NCBI RefSeq assembly: GCF_006345805.1 | Contig: NW_021826031.1 | Location: 124,001 to 188,000 of the forward strand | Reading direction: 5' to 3' | Length of the DNA: 64,000 bases | Source of the DNA: Octopus sinensis | Lineage: Eukaryota | Part shown: positions 51,108 to 63,661 of the stretch, in pieces | Layout: each line of letters opens with the position of its first letter | Position numbering within the stretch: the first letter of the stretch is position 1 | Translations under genes and position numbers: made by a program | The notes under the pieces: generated by a model | What the model saw: the letters and a program-made list of their open reading frames with translations, nothing else | Told to the model about the DNA's origin: nothing | The model's database searches: none

Positions 51108-52374
51108 TTAAAAACAAATATTAAAAATTCATGAAACAAAATTTTTATTGTATAATTAAAAGTTAATAGGCATTGTAATTCACTTGCGATTATTTATAAT
51201 TCTGGCTTATATGACCTTAGTGAAATTCTCATTCAATCCCTTAAAAGGGTCCTGTGTTGACATTTGATAATTTTCATGCTTGAAAATGATTTTTCGCATA
51301 AATATGTGCTTCCATTTAAGATGAGATCAATTTTAGATTTATAATTTCTATATGTCTTTGTTCAACGTCAAAAATCTTTTAAAATTCTTCTGAAACATTT
51401 TCGATTGTAATTTTCTTGAGATTTTAATTGTTCAACTTTCTCTTTTCTTATTAAGGAATTTAGGGGAACGTCTTGGTTGAACCCGAGATGTAATAACACT
51501 TTTTATAACACTTTTTGGCGTCGGATGGCCTACAACGAGTTTGATCGGAACATTGCTATTTTGACATGTCGGATATTGTTCAATTTTTAAACTGATTGTG
51601 ACATTTAAATCAACGATAGATTTTTCATGATTTACCGATTAACTGTCTCCATGAAATTTTTTTATAATTTGAGACCATTTTTTACTTCGATATATAAATT
51701 ATCAAAATAATTATTATCAATAATAAAGTTATTATTTCTTGCATGTCTTGTGGTGTATCAAAAAGTCGTCCAAATCACATAAATTTAATGTCAAATGAGA
51801 AGACTATAATTTTACGATGCACATGTATGATATGCAATAAAATTAATTCATTACCTAAAAGAGGAAATCTTTGTTGGCATTTTAATTCATTGCAGTAAAT
51901 GTTCCCCTCGTCGGCTGTGAGTTGGGGGAATGCTATAATCTGGCAGAGCACGTAATGGAAGGTCTTTTAACAGATTTTGGCTCTCACGTTGTTGAAAAGT
52001 AAATATAATAATTGTTCCCATCAATAATTGTTCACACGGATGGAACAAAAAGCAAATTATGGAGTATAATTGACTCAAGTGGGACAAGTGGATTACAGAA
52101 GATTGAATTATGTACTGCACACGAAAATTTGGCCAAGAAGGGCCCTCTGGAGGACATATAGGTTTATATAAAAATAATTGGTAGCAATGAAGAGCATGCC
52201 ACCAAGTCCAAGAAGAGATTTTTTTGACACAAAATTTACCTGCGTGTTATTTTCGATTGCGCGTAAAAATCAAAAAAATATGGTATTTCAATTAAATAAG
52301 AACCGATAAAGAATTGCGAATAATCTGAAAATATAACAAACATAATAGTTTTATACTTACAAAAGTATCTAATA

Positions 52375-53164
52375 CAGTGCGACCTCGAATTGGGGAAATT
52401 TTTCCCCAATTTTGAGGTTTTCCCCAAAAAAAGGTTTTTTATTAAATTAGGTCTCGCCTGTTCGATATCTCTCTTAAATATAACCGAGACGGATAACTAC
52501 AATTTTTATTTTTTAATAAAAAAATCAGTTAATTTAATCGAGTGTTTTGTTTTTTTCGCATCGAACTCATCGGCCCATTAATTGGGAAACCTTTCGACCT
52601 GAGATTACGAAAAATCTCGTAAACTTGGGCATTCAAATCGTATCCAATTGTCCTTCGGATGTTGAGAAACCTTGAGCTAAGATTCCTTCCCTTTTTTTTT
52701 TAGTCGGTATAGCATTCCTTTAGAGATGTTAAATCTTTCACAAATCATTTTGTCCTTATGACCCGACTGTATATCCTTGCAAATTCTGATCTTTTCACTT
52801 TGATTTAGTTTTTAGGCATTGGCTTTCTAAAATTTATAAAATAACTTTAAAAATTGATAATTTCAATTTTTATCAGGTTAATTAGCTAACTAACTAAGTT
52901 ACCAGGTTAAATAAATTTTAAAATTATTGATTACAAATTTGGAGAAAAACAGGTTACAATAAAAATAATAATAAATCAAAAATTATACAAATATATTAAT
53001 TAATCGTTTATGATAATATAAAATTTTTCCCCGGTAGGGGGTTTATTTCATTAAAAATCATCGTATTTTATAGGGATGGCAAAAATATTTCCCCAAAAGC
53101 AAGGTTTTCCCCAAAAAAGAGGGTTTCCCCGCTACTTGGTTTTCCCCAATTCGAGGTCGCACTG
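52375..53164 (-). mobile_element. Non-autonomous pogo/Tigger deletion derivative
   Basis: Perfect TIR cagtgcgacctcgaattggggaaa, TA TSDs, subterminal ttttccccaa repeats, HTH remnant. Confidence 0.9.
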
Positions 53165-53734
53165 TATGAACTAAATTAGCCTCACGTTTGTCGGGAAAAA
53201 TCCAAGGCAAACAGCAGGATTAGTTTTGTCAGTAACGCTTTTATTATTCTCGTGTCATCTTTGTCCGCTGGACCATCATGACCAAATCTCGGTGAATGGA
53301 ATCGAAAGCTCCTGACATATCAATGACCAGGATTTTTATGGTACTTTTACATCTTTTATTGGTTGCCCACCGCCATCGGTAACTTCACAGAATGTCAGCG
53401 GTTGAACAACCTTTACTGAATCCGCTGTGATTCGGAGACAGAAAATCGTTGACTTTATTCTTGATACGATCCAGCACAATTAATGAGAAAATCTCTATCA
53501 AGGAATTTAGTAGAATAACTGGGCAGAGGTTTCTTACTGGGCCGATAAGTTTGTTCAAATTTTAGATAGCTAAGCGGGAGTAGGTTTTCGGTAGCAAATA
53601 TATCGTTAAGGACTTAGGGTTCTTATTTCAGAAGCTCTGCATAGATAGGCACGCACTTCCCGTTTTTGTCCGTCTCTTTCCCATCCAAGTAGTTTTGTGT
53701 CGGGGAGAGTGTTCAAAATTCGTGTTGATAAGTA

Positions 53735-55519
53735 CAGTGAATCCTCGCAAATGGCCATTTTTGGTACATAGAGATTTTATGGCCAATTTGAGAAAATGGC
53801 CAATTTGAAAAAAATCAATATTTAAAAAATAAAATAAACACGTTTAAATTTTATTAAAATAAAATTCAAATCCCATTCTTTTATTTGCTCTTTTACATTT
53901 TCTTGTATTTTCTTATTGCAGTAATCAGCGAAACATCATTCTCATTTTCTGCATTACAGTAAAGTTGCCTTTCTATTCTAGTTAATGTCTTTGCAATACT
54001 TTTCTATCGAGTGGATATATGATTTTTGTCTCTTCGTCGCTAATTTCAGACTCTTGATCCTCTTGTAAACAATTTTCGTTTATATCTTGATCTTCTGTGT
54101 TTTCGATATTTAGAAAATCTTCGCTCATTAGAGGATCGAAAATGTCAGTTCTTTCAATTTCAGTCTCATAATGTTCAATTAATGTATTTTCGTGATTAGA
54201 TTCATTTAAAATCTTAAAACAATTTTGAATAGTTTCAGTAGATACGTCATCCCAAGCCATATTAACAAACAAAATTGCATCTTTTAATGTCAATTTTTTG
54301 TATGAATGTATACAGAAATATTTTCAGTCTCCAGCAAATCAGTTAAGTACTGTAGCTTTCTTCTCATGAAATGAGTCTTGAAGGTTTTTATAATTCCAAT
54401 ATCCATTGGTTGTAGTAATCCAGTAGAATTTTTAGGAAAAAATAAAATCTTAATACAATCCAAGTTTTGAGGAATAGAATGTGCAGGACAGTGGTCTATT
54501 AGCAATAAAATTTTCTTCTTTTTAATTTTAAGCTGGAGATCAAAGCTAATAATCCAATCAATAAAAATAGATCCAGTCATCCAAGCTTTCTGTGAGCTAT
54601 AATATGAGACAAGACATCCATAGTCAAAATTTTTAAAACATCTAGGCATTTTTGGTTTTCCAATCATCACAGGTTTCAATTATGACTTCCGGTCATGTTT
54701 GAACAAAGCATAATAGACACACGGTCTTTAAAATTTTTGTATCCTGGAATCGGTTTCTGCATACGCTTTTCGATGGAATAAGCTTGTAGTATAATGCAGT
54801 TCATCCAAATTATAAATTAGATCAGGCTTATACGATTTAGAAATTTCTTTAAATTCTTCACGAAAAGAATTAATGTCAACTACTTTATCTGTTCGCATCT
54901 CTCCATGTAATTTTAGCATTCTAAAACGTGTCTCTTTTTGAATTTTGCCAGAAATCCATTAGAATTTTTAAAGTTACTAAGTGTAGCTCTTCGGCAAAAT
55001 GCGCAGCCTTACACGATATTAAGGAATCATTCAAAAAACCACCTTAAAATTGGTTTTCAATTAATACCTTTAGACTCTATTGTATCCATCCATTCGATCA
55101 ATTTCTTCAAGCGTAGGAAATTTTGGTTTGTGAGCAGCTTTATACGATTTTGATAGATTTTCGAATCCCGTAAAATAGAGTCTTTATTAAGCAGTAGATA
55201 TGATCGTCTTTCTCGAGATCGTCTTGTGGAATAAATGTGAGAATCTGTCAGCCAGAAGCTGACACGAAACACTGTCATTTTCTTCCTTGTAGTTTATAAT
55301 TGTGTTTTTTCAAGAAAAGTGAGCCGAGTATAACGTCCACGAGAAATTTTATAGACATGTGATTAAAAAAATAGTTTATTTTCTAATTAAAAAAAATAAT
55401 AATTCAAAAATTGTGGCCAATTTACTAAGAAAATTAATTTTTTTCTTAGTAAATTGTGAAAAAATTGGCCAATTTAAAAATTGGCCAATTTGCGAGGTGG
55501 CCAATTGCGAGGATCACTG
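53735..55519 (-). mobile_element. Degenerate full-length pogo/Tigger element
   Basis: TIR cagtga(a)tcctcgcaa.tggcca, TA TSDs, subterminal tggccaattt repeats; IYNLDE, IGKPKMPRCFK, KAWMT, IDHCPAH, QPMDIGII in several frames. Confidence 0.9.
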
Positions 55520-56760
55520 TAAACCCTAAACAACGGTAATGACCTGAACGAACTCAAGAGACTAGCTAAAAACCAAAAAAGTTGGAAAATAATAGTTAAG
55601 GACGTATTGTGTGTGGCACGTGTGGGAATATTACTTTGTCTGTTTATATTGCTACAGGATGTGGTATAATAATTAACTTCAATAAATAGAAAACTCAATA
55701 AACACATCTTCTTGTCTATTAAGTTTTGTAGTTATTCCGCATTCAATAATTTGTTGGGTTGAAAAGGAACTCCACGCTGACAGTAGAAAATTGTATCATT
55801 TTAAGAAATTATGGCAAAAATTATGTGCAAGAACGCAATAACGAATCCATAATTTTAATCTGACTTTTTACAGATTATATTTATTTTTTGAATTGGGGCT
55901 CATGTATGGATTTTATAAAAATCAAGTTATTATTTCTTTTGTATGCCTTTTGAATTTGTGTGAAAACAAATTAAATTTTATTCAGTGAAACATAAGAAAA
56001 GTTCCTCTATTATTTGGATAGCTCGAAAATTCACTCAAATTTATATGGATTCTTTACAGCTAGTTCAAAAAACAACAGATCGTTACTTTGCATGTCTAAT
56101 AAGTGATTTTCAAAAGGGTGAAACAAAATGGAGGGTGCTAGAAATCCAAGTCAACTAAACATTTGGAGATAAATCTTTCGATAAGTGGGATCCGAATTCT
56201 CCAAACCACAAAAGATGTCCAACTAATTTGGTCAAACTTTATATATAAATATCAAAACATGAAAATTTAATATTCAAATCGTTAATTTCATTCAAAAATA
56301 AGCAGATAACAAAAATCAGAAAAAATTTTCTTATTAACATTGGTTTAATAGATTTTTTGGATATTATTAATCTAAACAAGTTTATGAAAGTTAATGGTCA
56401 TTGATTACTTGTAAATTTAATATTATTGTCAATCACCATTCGTGAACTCTCAAGTACTCTTTTAAACACTTCGGGTGTAGAAAGAGTATCAACTTTACAT
56501 AACTAGAAAAGGACTTTACACGTGTCTTTGAATCTTTGTTTTGGAGTTTCTGAAAATTTATGGGTAACATAAGATAATTTCCAATATAAAAAGTAAAATA
56601 AAAATTATGTAAAAATTAATATTCTGCTCGATTATCTTCAGAAAAGCTAAGAAAAATTTGATAACTTAAGAAAATATATTTTTACTTAAAATCTTTGCAT
56701 TTTTCACAGAAGAAAATAAAAAAAGCAATTTAAATGAAACATTTATAATAAAACAGTCAA

Positions 56761-57654
56761 TTAAAATTTTACAACAAATTGGTCTCCATGATGGTCCAAA
56801 GTTAAAAATCCTTGTGAACTGTCAAAATTATTTTTGATAATGTCATTCCGAAATGTTTTAGCCTGTTTACTGAAAATGATCGTATTTTCTACATGTAAAG
56901 CAATTTGTCATTATTTTTGAGACCAATCCACTCACTCCTTTTGCAGGGATCCGTAATCGAATGGCTAGATATATAAATATATAAAAACCAATTTTTTATT
57001 CGGGAAACTTTCATAAAAAGCTGAAATCCGTTTATTCTACGATTTGTGCGTTTTCTAAGAGTAAAATTAATTTTTTTACATTTTTTCTGTTTCGAGTTGT
57101 TTTCTGTTTGCAGGATCTGAAATATACAACAAAAATAAGTTTACATTCGGAAAGCAAATTATTAAATGATTTATTGGGAAAAAGCGGTGAAGTGATTTCC
57201 TCGAATGTGATACTAATTTCGTTCAACGACGAAATTGAATAATTTTCTTGTTTTTTTGAATTCTAAAATGATAAATTGTGATTATAACTAGTTGGATGTA
57301 TCTTTCTATCAATGGAAGGTGACAACGAATTACCAAACCTAATGAATAAATGCTTAGTCATAAAAATACTGGGATATTTAGATAGGATTAGTTGGTTAAA
57401 GGCAAGACAAGGAGCTGACCTTTGTTTTTTGACTGCGAGGACACACTGTTCGAGGTAGAGAGCATATTGAGTCAATTCGCGGAGATTTTCTACCTATTTT
57501 TAAAATTTTTGTGTTCAGTGACTTTATTATCAGAGTAAACTGAATTTGGAGTAAGTAGCCAATTCCAAATATTTTTCAGATTGCTTGTATTCAACATTTA
57601 TCAAAAATTGCCGCTATTAATACTATATATTTTATTATAAATGAGATTTACCAT
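56761..57654 (-). CDS. Unidentified multi-exon gene (possible divergent CDT1-like; speculative)
   Basis: ATG followed by gt, several gt...ag micro-introns, spliced C-terminus ENTIIFSKQAKTFRNDIIKNNFDSSQGFLTLDHHGDQFVVKF*. Confidence 0.35.
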
Positions 57655-59441
57655 GAAATAATTTTAACTATTACTTTTAATTTAAATTAATTAAAATGAC
57701 CAATAATTAGGCAATATTACCAAAATCACAATATTTTAAAAATCAACATTAACTAACTTTCAAAGACACCACTTTTGAAAGACCCCTAACCAAAAAATGT
57801 ATTTTTAAAGAGAATTAAAAACTGCAAAAAACTAGAAAAACTAAAAATAACAATCCTAATCAATCAGCCAATTCAAAATTTATGAAATTATTATTTGGTT
57901 TAATGAATTCAATGATTTTGAGATTTAATAAGTGCAAGAATCTCACAGAAACAACACTCGAAATTTAGAAAATATTTTTAAACGTGACTGGAGATAAATT
58001 TCTATGCTAATACAGTTTTATCATTTATTACTACAGAATAAGTTCCAATCTCACGGAGAGTTACTGGTGACCAGACTAAAGTCTTATTTTAGAAGTTAGT
58101 ATATAAGTAGTGCATTTTAATAAACTATCTGATGCCCGTAGCTGACAGATTTAGAGGAATAAGACGAGAAAAAAATAGTAAACTGAGTGCTAATTTTATT
58201 AAGCACAAAGCATGTCCCCGATTCTGCTTTTAACAGGAAAAGTACAGAAACTATAAGTTCAGTTGCATTTCTTACTATTATAATTTTTTGATCGTTATTC
58301 TGATAATTCAATAAATTGAACATCGTGAATATCATTTTGTGATTTTTTTTAGCACAGTAAGTAATTACAAACTATTTCAACATTTTTATCGACCCCTCTC
58401 TTCATCTCAGATAAAAGACTTAGGAAAAGATAATTAGATTGTACACTGGAAACAAAGAAATTCTGTTTTGCCAAACTCAGCAGATCCTAGGAGTTACGTT
58501 CAATGCTCACACATGTTTCCTTTCATGTCAACAATGTTTTAACAAAATGTGAAAAGAAGACAAACGTCTTAAAATGTCTTTCTGGCCTTAATAAGTTTGG
58601 AAAACACCCCGTACTTAAATGTTTATACAACCAGTACATCCTGCCTTGTTTTTACGTATCTACAGTATGAGGATAAATCAATTTACTGGACCAACAAAAT
58701 GAAGATTGAGATGAGTCTGACAAGAGCTTTTACAATTACAAAGCGCTAGAAAAGAGGCAAGTCCTCAGGTACTAGAAATTCCTTTTTACACCCTTACGAG
58801 GAAGCGCTTTCTACATACTTCGGAAAAATTTATTAGTAAGCATAGACTTTGGAATACGATAAATTTGTCTGAGTATGCGGAAAAATTTATTAGTGAGCAT
58901 GAACTCTCACTATATCGCATTTAAAAAATAGTTAAAACAAACTTTATAAACCACGAAAGCAACCTGAGCCTTTGAAAATTCTCAATGAAGTAGACATGGT
59001 CAAGCAAATATGCCTTTTTCAAACCACACCGACATTATTGAACTTTTTTTAGTAAATATAAAATTGTCATCAAAACAAAAACGTTATATTCCTACGAAGA
59101 ATCGCTTTCCACGTACTTCTCCATAAAATTCCCACGCACTTCAACTCATTAAATTCCATTTGAGTTCACGTTCTACAAAATAAAGTACGCATTAAGAGGA
59201 AAGTTTTGCCCTATCGCTCACATGTGCTTAGTCAGCGCCTCCAGTTTGGTTTTTTTGAAGCTTCATATTTTTCAAAATTTGACTTTGCAGCTAAAAACCA
59301 CACGTCTCATCCTGGCAAATTAAGAAAGATTTCATTTTCTTAATTGCTAATTTATTCGTTAATAGTTGAATAATTTATTATAATACTTTTCTCTAAATTG
59401 AATTATTTATTGTTTATTGACCATAAATAATTGTTATTTAA

Positions 59442-60060
59442 ATGCCAGAATATTTTTTTAAACTAATGTTTTTTGTCATATTACTTTGGGGGATCGTCAA
59501 AATGTCACTTCCCAGTATTTATATTAAAAACTTAATAAAATCAACAGAATGCTTTAATTCTGCATGCTATACATTTGTAGCAGCAAAAAAAACATATTTT
59601 GAAGCACAAGCGTATTGCAAACAAAAAAATGGCGTTATTGCAGTGAGTGACAGTATGAAAAAAGACATTTTTTTACGTAAATATTTGTTTGAATAATCTT
59701 TGAAGATAATTTAGGTCATGATCATGGAAGTGATGATATTTATATTGGCTACGATAACATAAAAAATCATAATGTTTATGTCAATTCGTATGGAACAACT
59801 CAAGTTAATTTTATTAAATTTTTTTTCGGAACTTTTACAATTGGCGAGATTCATCAGATTACACTATTAAGAACTGCGTAATTAAAGATAAAGTTTATGG
59901 ATCGTGGTTTACCGAATCCTGTTCTACTAAACATCAATTTATTTGTGAATATAAAGGTTAATTATAATTTATTTTATTAATGAAAGATAATACAGTCTAT
60001 GTGGGGACGCCATTAGATGCTTCTTTTTCGAAGAACTTTATGAAATGTTCTTAAAGACAA
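59442..60060 (+). CDS. Secreted C-type lectin domain protein (3' end uncertain; may be damaged)
   Basis: Hydrophobic N-terminus; CFNSACYTF...YFEAQAYC, IYIGY, NW, NCV...SWFTESCSTKHQFICEYK across micro-introns. Confidence 0.8.
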
Positions 60061-60171
60061 CTAATCACACTTTAATTATTAACGTAATTATTTTAGCTAA
60101 TAAAACCAAATTATTAGGCCATTTAGTGACATTTAGGACATTATAAAAAGGTGAAAATTGAAAAATAAATA

Positions 60172-61489
60172 CAGTTTACCCTCTATTGCTCGCCATTTCT
60201 ATAACTCGCCACTTTTTTGGAAAAAATGCCATTTTTACTAAGGAAATTCCATTGCTCGCCAAATTCTCCTACTCGCCACGTTTTAGTATTAAAAAATTAA
60301 AATTTATTATTAAAAAAAATAATTTTTTCAAATATTTATACCGCGTGTTTTTTTTGTAACATGAGGAAGTGCTCAAGATTATCTTATGATCAAAAAAGAG
60401 AAATTATAAATTATCTTATTGATAATTCTTCTCTAAGTCTAAGGTGTGTTTCAGAAATTTTTTCGTCGCGTTTCAAAAAATCAATTTCGAGACGTGCAAT
60501 TAATGATCTTAAATTGAAAAAACAGAAGATTCTTGGAATTAATCCAATTTATGGGAGAAGTTCTCGTTTTTCGAAACTTAGATATTCAGCAATTGATTCT
60601 GAAATCATTGCCTGGATAGATTACATGGAATCTATTGGAGTTTACCTCAATGATGAGATAATTTTGTCGAAAGCAACCGAAATTGCTGCGTTAAACGGTC
60701 TCTTCGAATTTAAAGCCAGTAAAGGATGGCTTGAAAAGTTCAAAAAAGGCACAATGTAAAACTAAGAATTTTTCATGGTGAATTGGGATATACTGCGGAT
60801 GAGTTCAAAGACCAAATCGAAAACTTTAAAAAAATTATCTCTTCTAAAATAAATGAATATGGTTCAGAAAATGTTTATAATGCCGACGAAACCGGCGTAT
60901 TTTACAAGACCATTCCATCAAAAAGTGTCTGCAGGAAACGCCGACCAGGACAAAAATTACTTAAAGATAGGTTTAACATTTTTAGCCAATTTTCAGATTT
61001 TCATTAATGCTTTGCGCAAATATGACTGGATCCGATAAAAGAACCCCTTTGATGATCGGGCAGTTTAAGAAACCAAGGTGTTTTAAAAACTTGAACGTTG
61101 ATGAATATTTACAATACCGGAATTCTTCAAAGGCTTGGATGAACATGGAAATATTTAACGAATGGTTGTATAATTGGAACAAGACTCTCAAACAAAAACA
61201 AAAAAAGATACTTTTGGTTGTAGACCATTGTCCTTCGCATAGAATAATAATCGAATTAAGTATGATAGAAGTTTTATATTTACCAAAAAACACGACTACT
61301 GTGCTTCAACCGATGGATCAAGGAATCATTAGATCATTCAAATCTCATTTCAACAAATTTAAATTTAAACATATAATTGAACAAATAAACTACGGTGACG
61401 CAACTATTGAATGCTATAAAAAATTAACCCTGAAAGATGCAGTCTTATTTTCTTATCCAGCCTGGAAAGATGTGTCAGTAGATACAATA
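60172..61489 (+). mobile_element. 3'-truncated pogo/Tigger element; transposase has a 26-nt intron
   Basis: ta-cagtttaccctctattgctcgcc terminus; ORF from 60361 with FKASKGWLEKFK, YNADETG, KDR|FSLMLCAN, VDHCPSH, QPMDQGII; one homopolymer frameshift at ~60745; breaks at tgtcgcgacc (61490). Confidence 0.9.
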
Positions 61490-62110
61490 TGTCGCGACCC
61501 ACGCTGGCGACCAGAGCGACCTTCATTGTTGACAAGATGACAGGCGACCTACATAGTTTGACACTAATTACTGACTAAAGATAATTGCTAAAAATCAAAA
61601 AACTTAACATTTTTTATCTCTATTCATAGTAACTATTTCGTATTCGAACTAAATGTTTGTTAGGAAAACAACTAACCATGAATCTGTATTTAGACATTAT
61701 ATTTTTTACTTTTCCCTTTTCTTCATATGGGGATTCAATCTGTGTAGCTTCAATGACGGATTCGTCCCACAATCTTTTATTATTCGTTTCTAAAAATAAA
61801 TACATCGTAAATTTACCATTAAGTTCACTTCGACAAACGATGGCTCGTTATTTTCATCTAAATTATAAATAAGATTATAACCTGGTATTTTATGAATCAC
61901 AGTGTTAATTCCAGAAATACCCCTAAACTTTTGAAGGGGGTCTCATTGATCGCCGAGTGGTGTCGTATTATAGGAAAAAGTTACTTTGTCTAAAAATTGT
62001 TTCCAATTTTTACGTATTTTTGGTTTTGAAATCCAACCCGTTGTCCGTTTGCAAGATCTGAATATCCAATTTGATAAAACAATTTTTGGAATTTATTCAC
62101 CACTTCTTCA

Positions 62111-63612
62111 ATCTCAACCTTTGGTACCTTGACGATGCCACTATTGGCCCTGTTGATGTCGTCTTGGATGAGTTATATAAAATTGTTCCTGCCCTGGCAA
62201 ATGGGGCTGATAATCAACACCAAAAAACTGAGATCATAATATCTCAGTCCCAATTCAAGACTTTGGCTTAGTAATGGAAAAGATTTCAGAAATCTTGCCA
62301 GACACAAAACAAACACGCCTCAACGATGTTTATTTTCTTGGGTGTCCTTTCGGAGAGTCCGAAGTGCAAAACCACCTCAGAGCTAAGAGTGTCGAAATGT
62401 CCCGTTTTACTGAACGCCTCTCTCTACTCGCCTCCCACACGGCCTTTTTCCTCCTCAAAAATTGCATCCACGTGCCCAAACTGTTATATTTATTGAGATG
62501 CTCGCCCTGCTTTAACAAGATGAAATATTGCATTCTATCGATGATACGTTAAGATTGTGTGCCGAGTGGATCCTAAATGTCCGTTTCGATAATGATGGGT
62601 GGACCCAGTGTAAACTACCTCTTAATTCTGGCGGAGCTGGCCTAAGATCCGCCCTGGACCTTGCCCTCCCACTTTCCTGTCCTCTCACTCATCCTGCCGA
62701 AGGCTATCCTTGGAGATTCTACATAATCCCCCGAATCTTCTTTGACCGGCCTTTTGAAGATGGATGTATGCTGTGGAAGGAATCAGGATTAAAATTCCCG
62801 ATCCAACATCACTCCAACAGAGCTGGGACAAATTACGCTGCGAATTCACCGCAGACAACCTGGCAATGAGGCTCGACCACAGCACCGCCCCGCCTGCTTA
62901 CTTACGCTCTGCAGCTGTGCCACACAGTGGGTCATGGCTGAATGCTATGCCAATTGCTGGCCTCGGAACATTATTAGAGGATGACTGCATGCGTATCGGT
63001 ACTGCACTGAGACTCGACTTGACATCTGCGACAACATCGTTGTAGATGTGGAAAAATGGTTGACGTCAAAGGTGTACACACCCACTTCTTTGCAAACGAA
63101 GTGCTGGCCGAGCTCCTCGGCACTCCGCTATTAACAATGTTATCTTAAGAGCTCTTGAGTCGGCGGGCTTCCCCTCGATCCTAGAGCCAGTGGGCTTAGA
63201 TCGTGGAGATGGGAAAAGACCCGATTGGAATGACCACTTTTCCCTACTCCTGTGGAAAATCGTTGGTTTGGGATTCACGTGTGTTGACACCCATTCCAAA
63301 ACTAATATGATCTCTTCTGCTGTTTCTCCAGGTTCTGCAGCAGATGCTGCAGAATCAAAGAAAAATTGCCAAATACGCAATCTGGACAACGGTACCGCTT
63401 CGTACCTATCGCTGTGGAGACTTCTGGGGTAACCGGCCCTCTTACGACTTCTTTCATCAGAGAAGTCGGAGGAAAAGTTGCTAGCGACGTGGGGAGCCTC
63501 GAGAAGTGTCAGGTTATTCCAACAAATTGGAATAGCTGTCGTTCGCGCAATGCACACTCCATCATGCGTGCAACCGCAAGTGCCTTTTAATCATTGACTA
63601 ACTTATTTCACT

Positions 63613-63648
<36 letters not shown>

Positions 63649-63661
63649 AAAAAAAAAAAAA
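62111..63661 (+). mobile_element. 5'-truncated CRE-like non-LTR retrotransposon with poly(A) tail and 9-bp TSD
   Basis: WYLDDATIG, PKLLYLLR, LPLNSGGAGLR, SGSWLNAMP, RGDGKRPD, PIAVETSG; poly(A) ~63617-63662; TSD acttcttca at 62102-62110 and 63662-63670. Confidence 0.9.

Noticed and set aside
51170-52370. Possible Gypsy-like integrase debris (also ~7800-8600)
   Set aside because: Only isolated weak motifs such as KGPF; too degraded to support a call.
58820-58900. 23-bp direct repeat cggaaaaatttattagt.agcat with a MULE-like gagtatgcggaaa start
   Set aside because: No partner end or coding remnant seen; probably TE debris.
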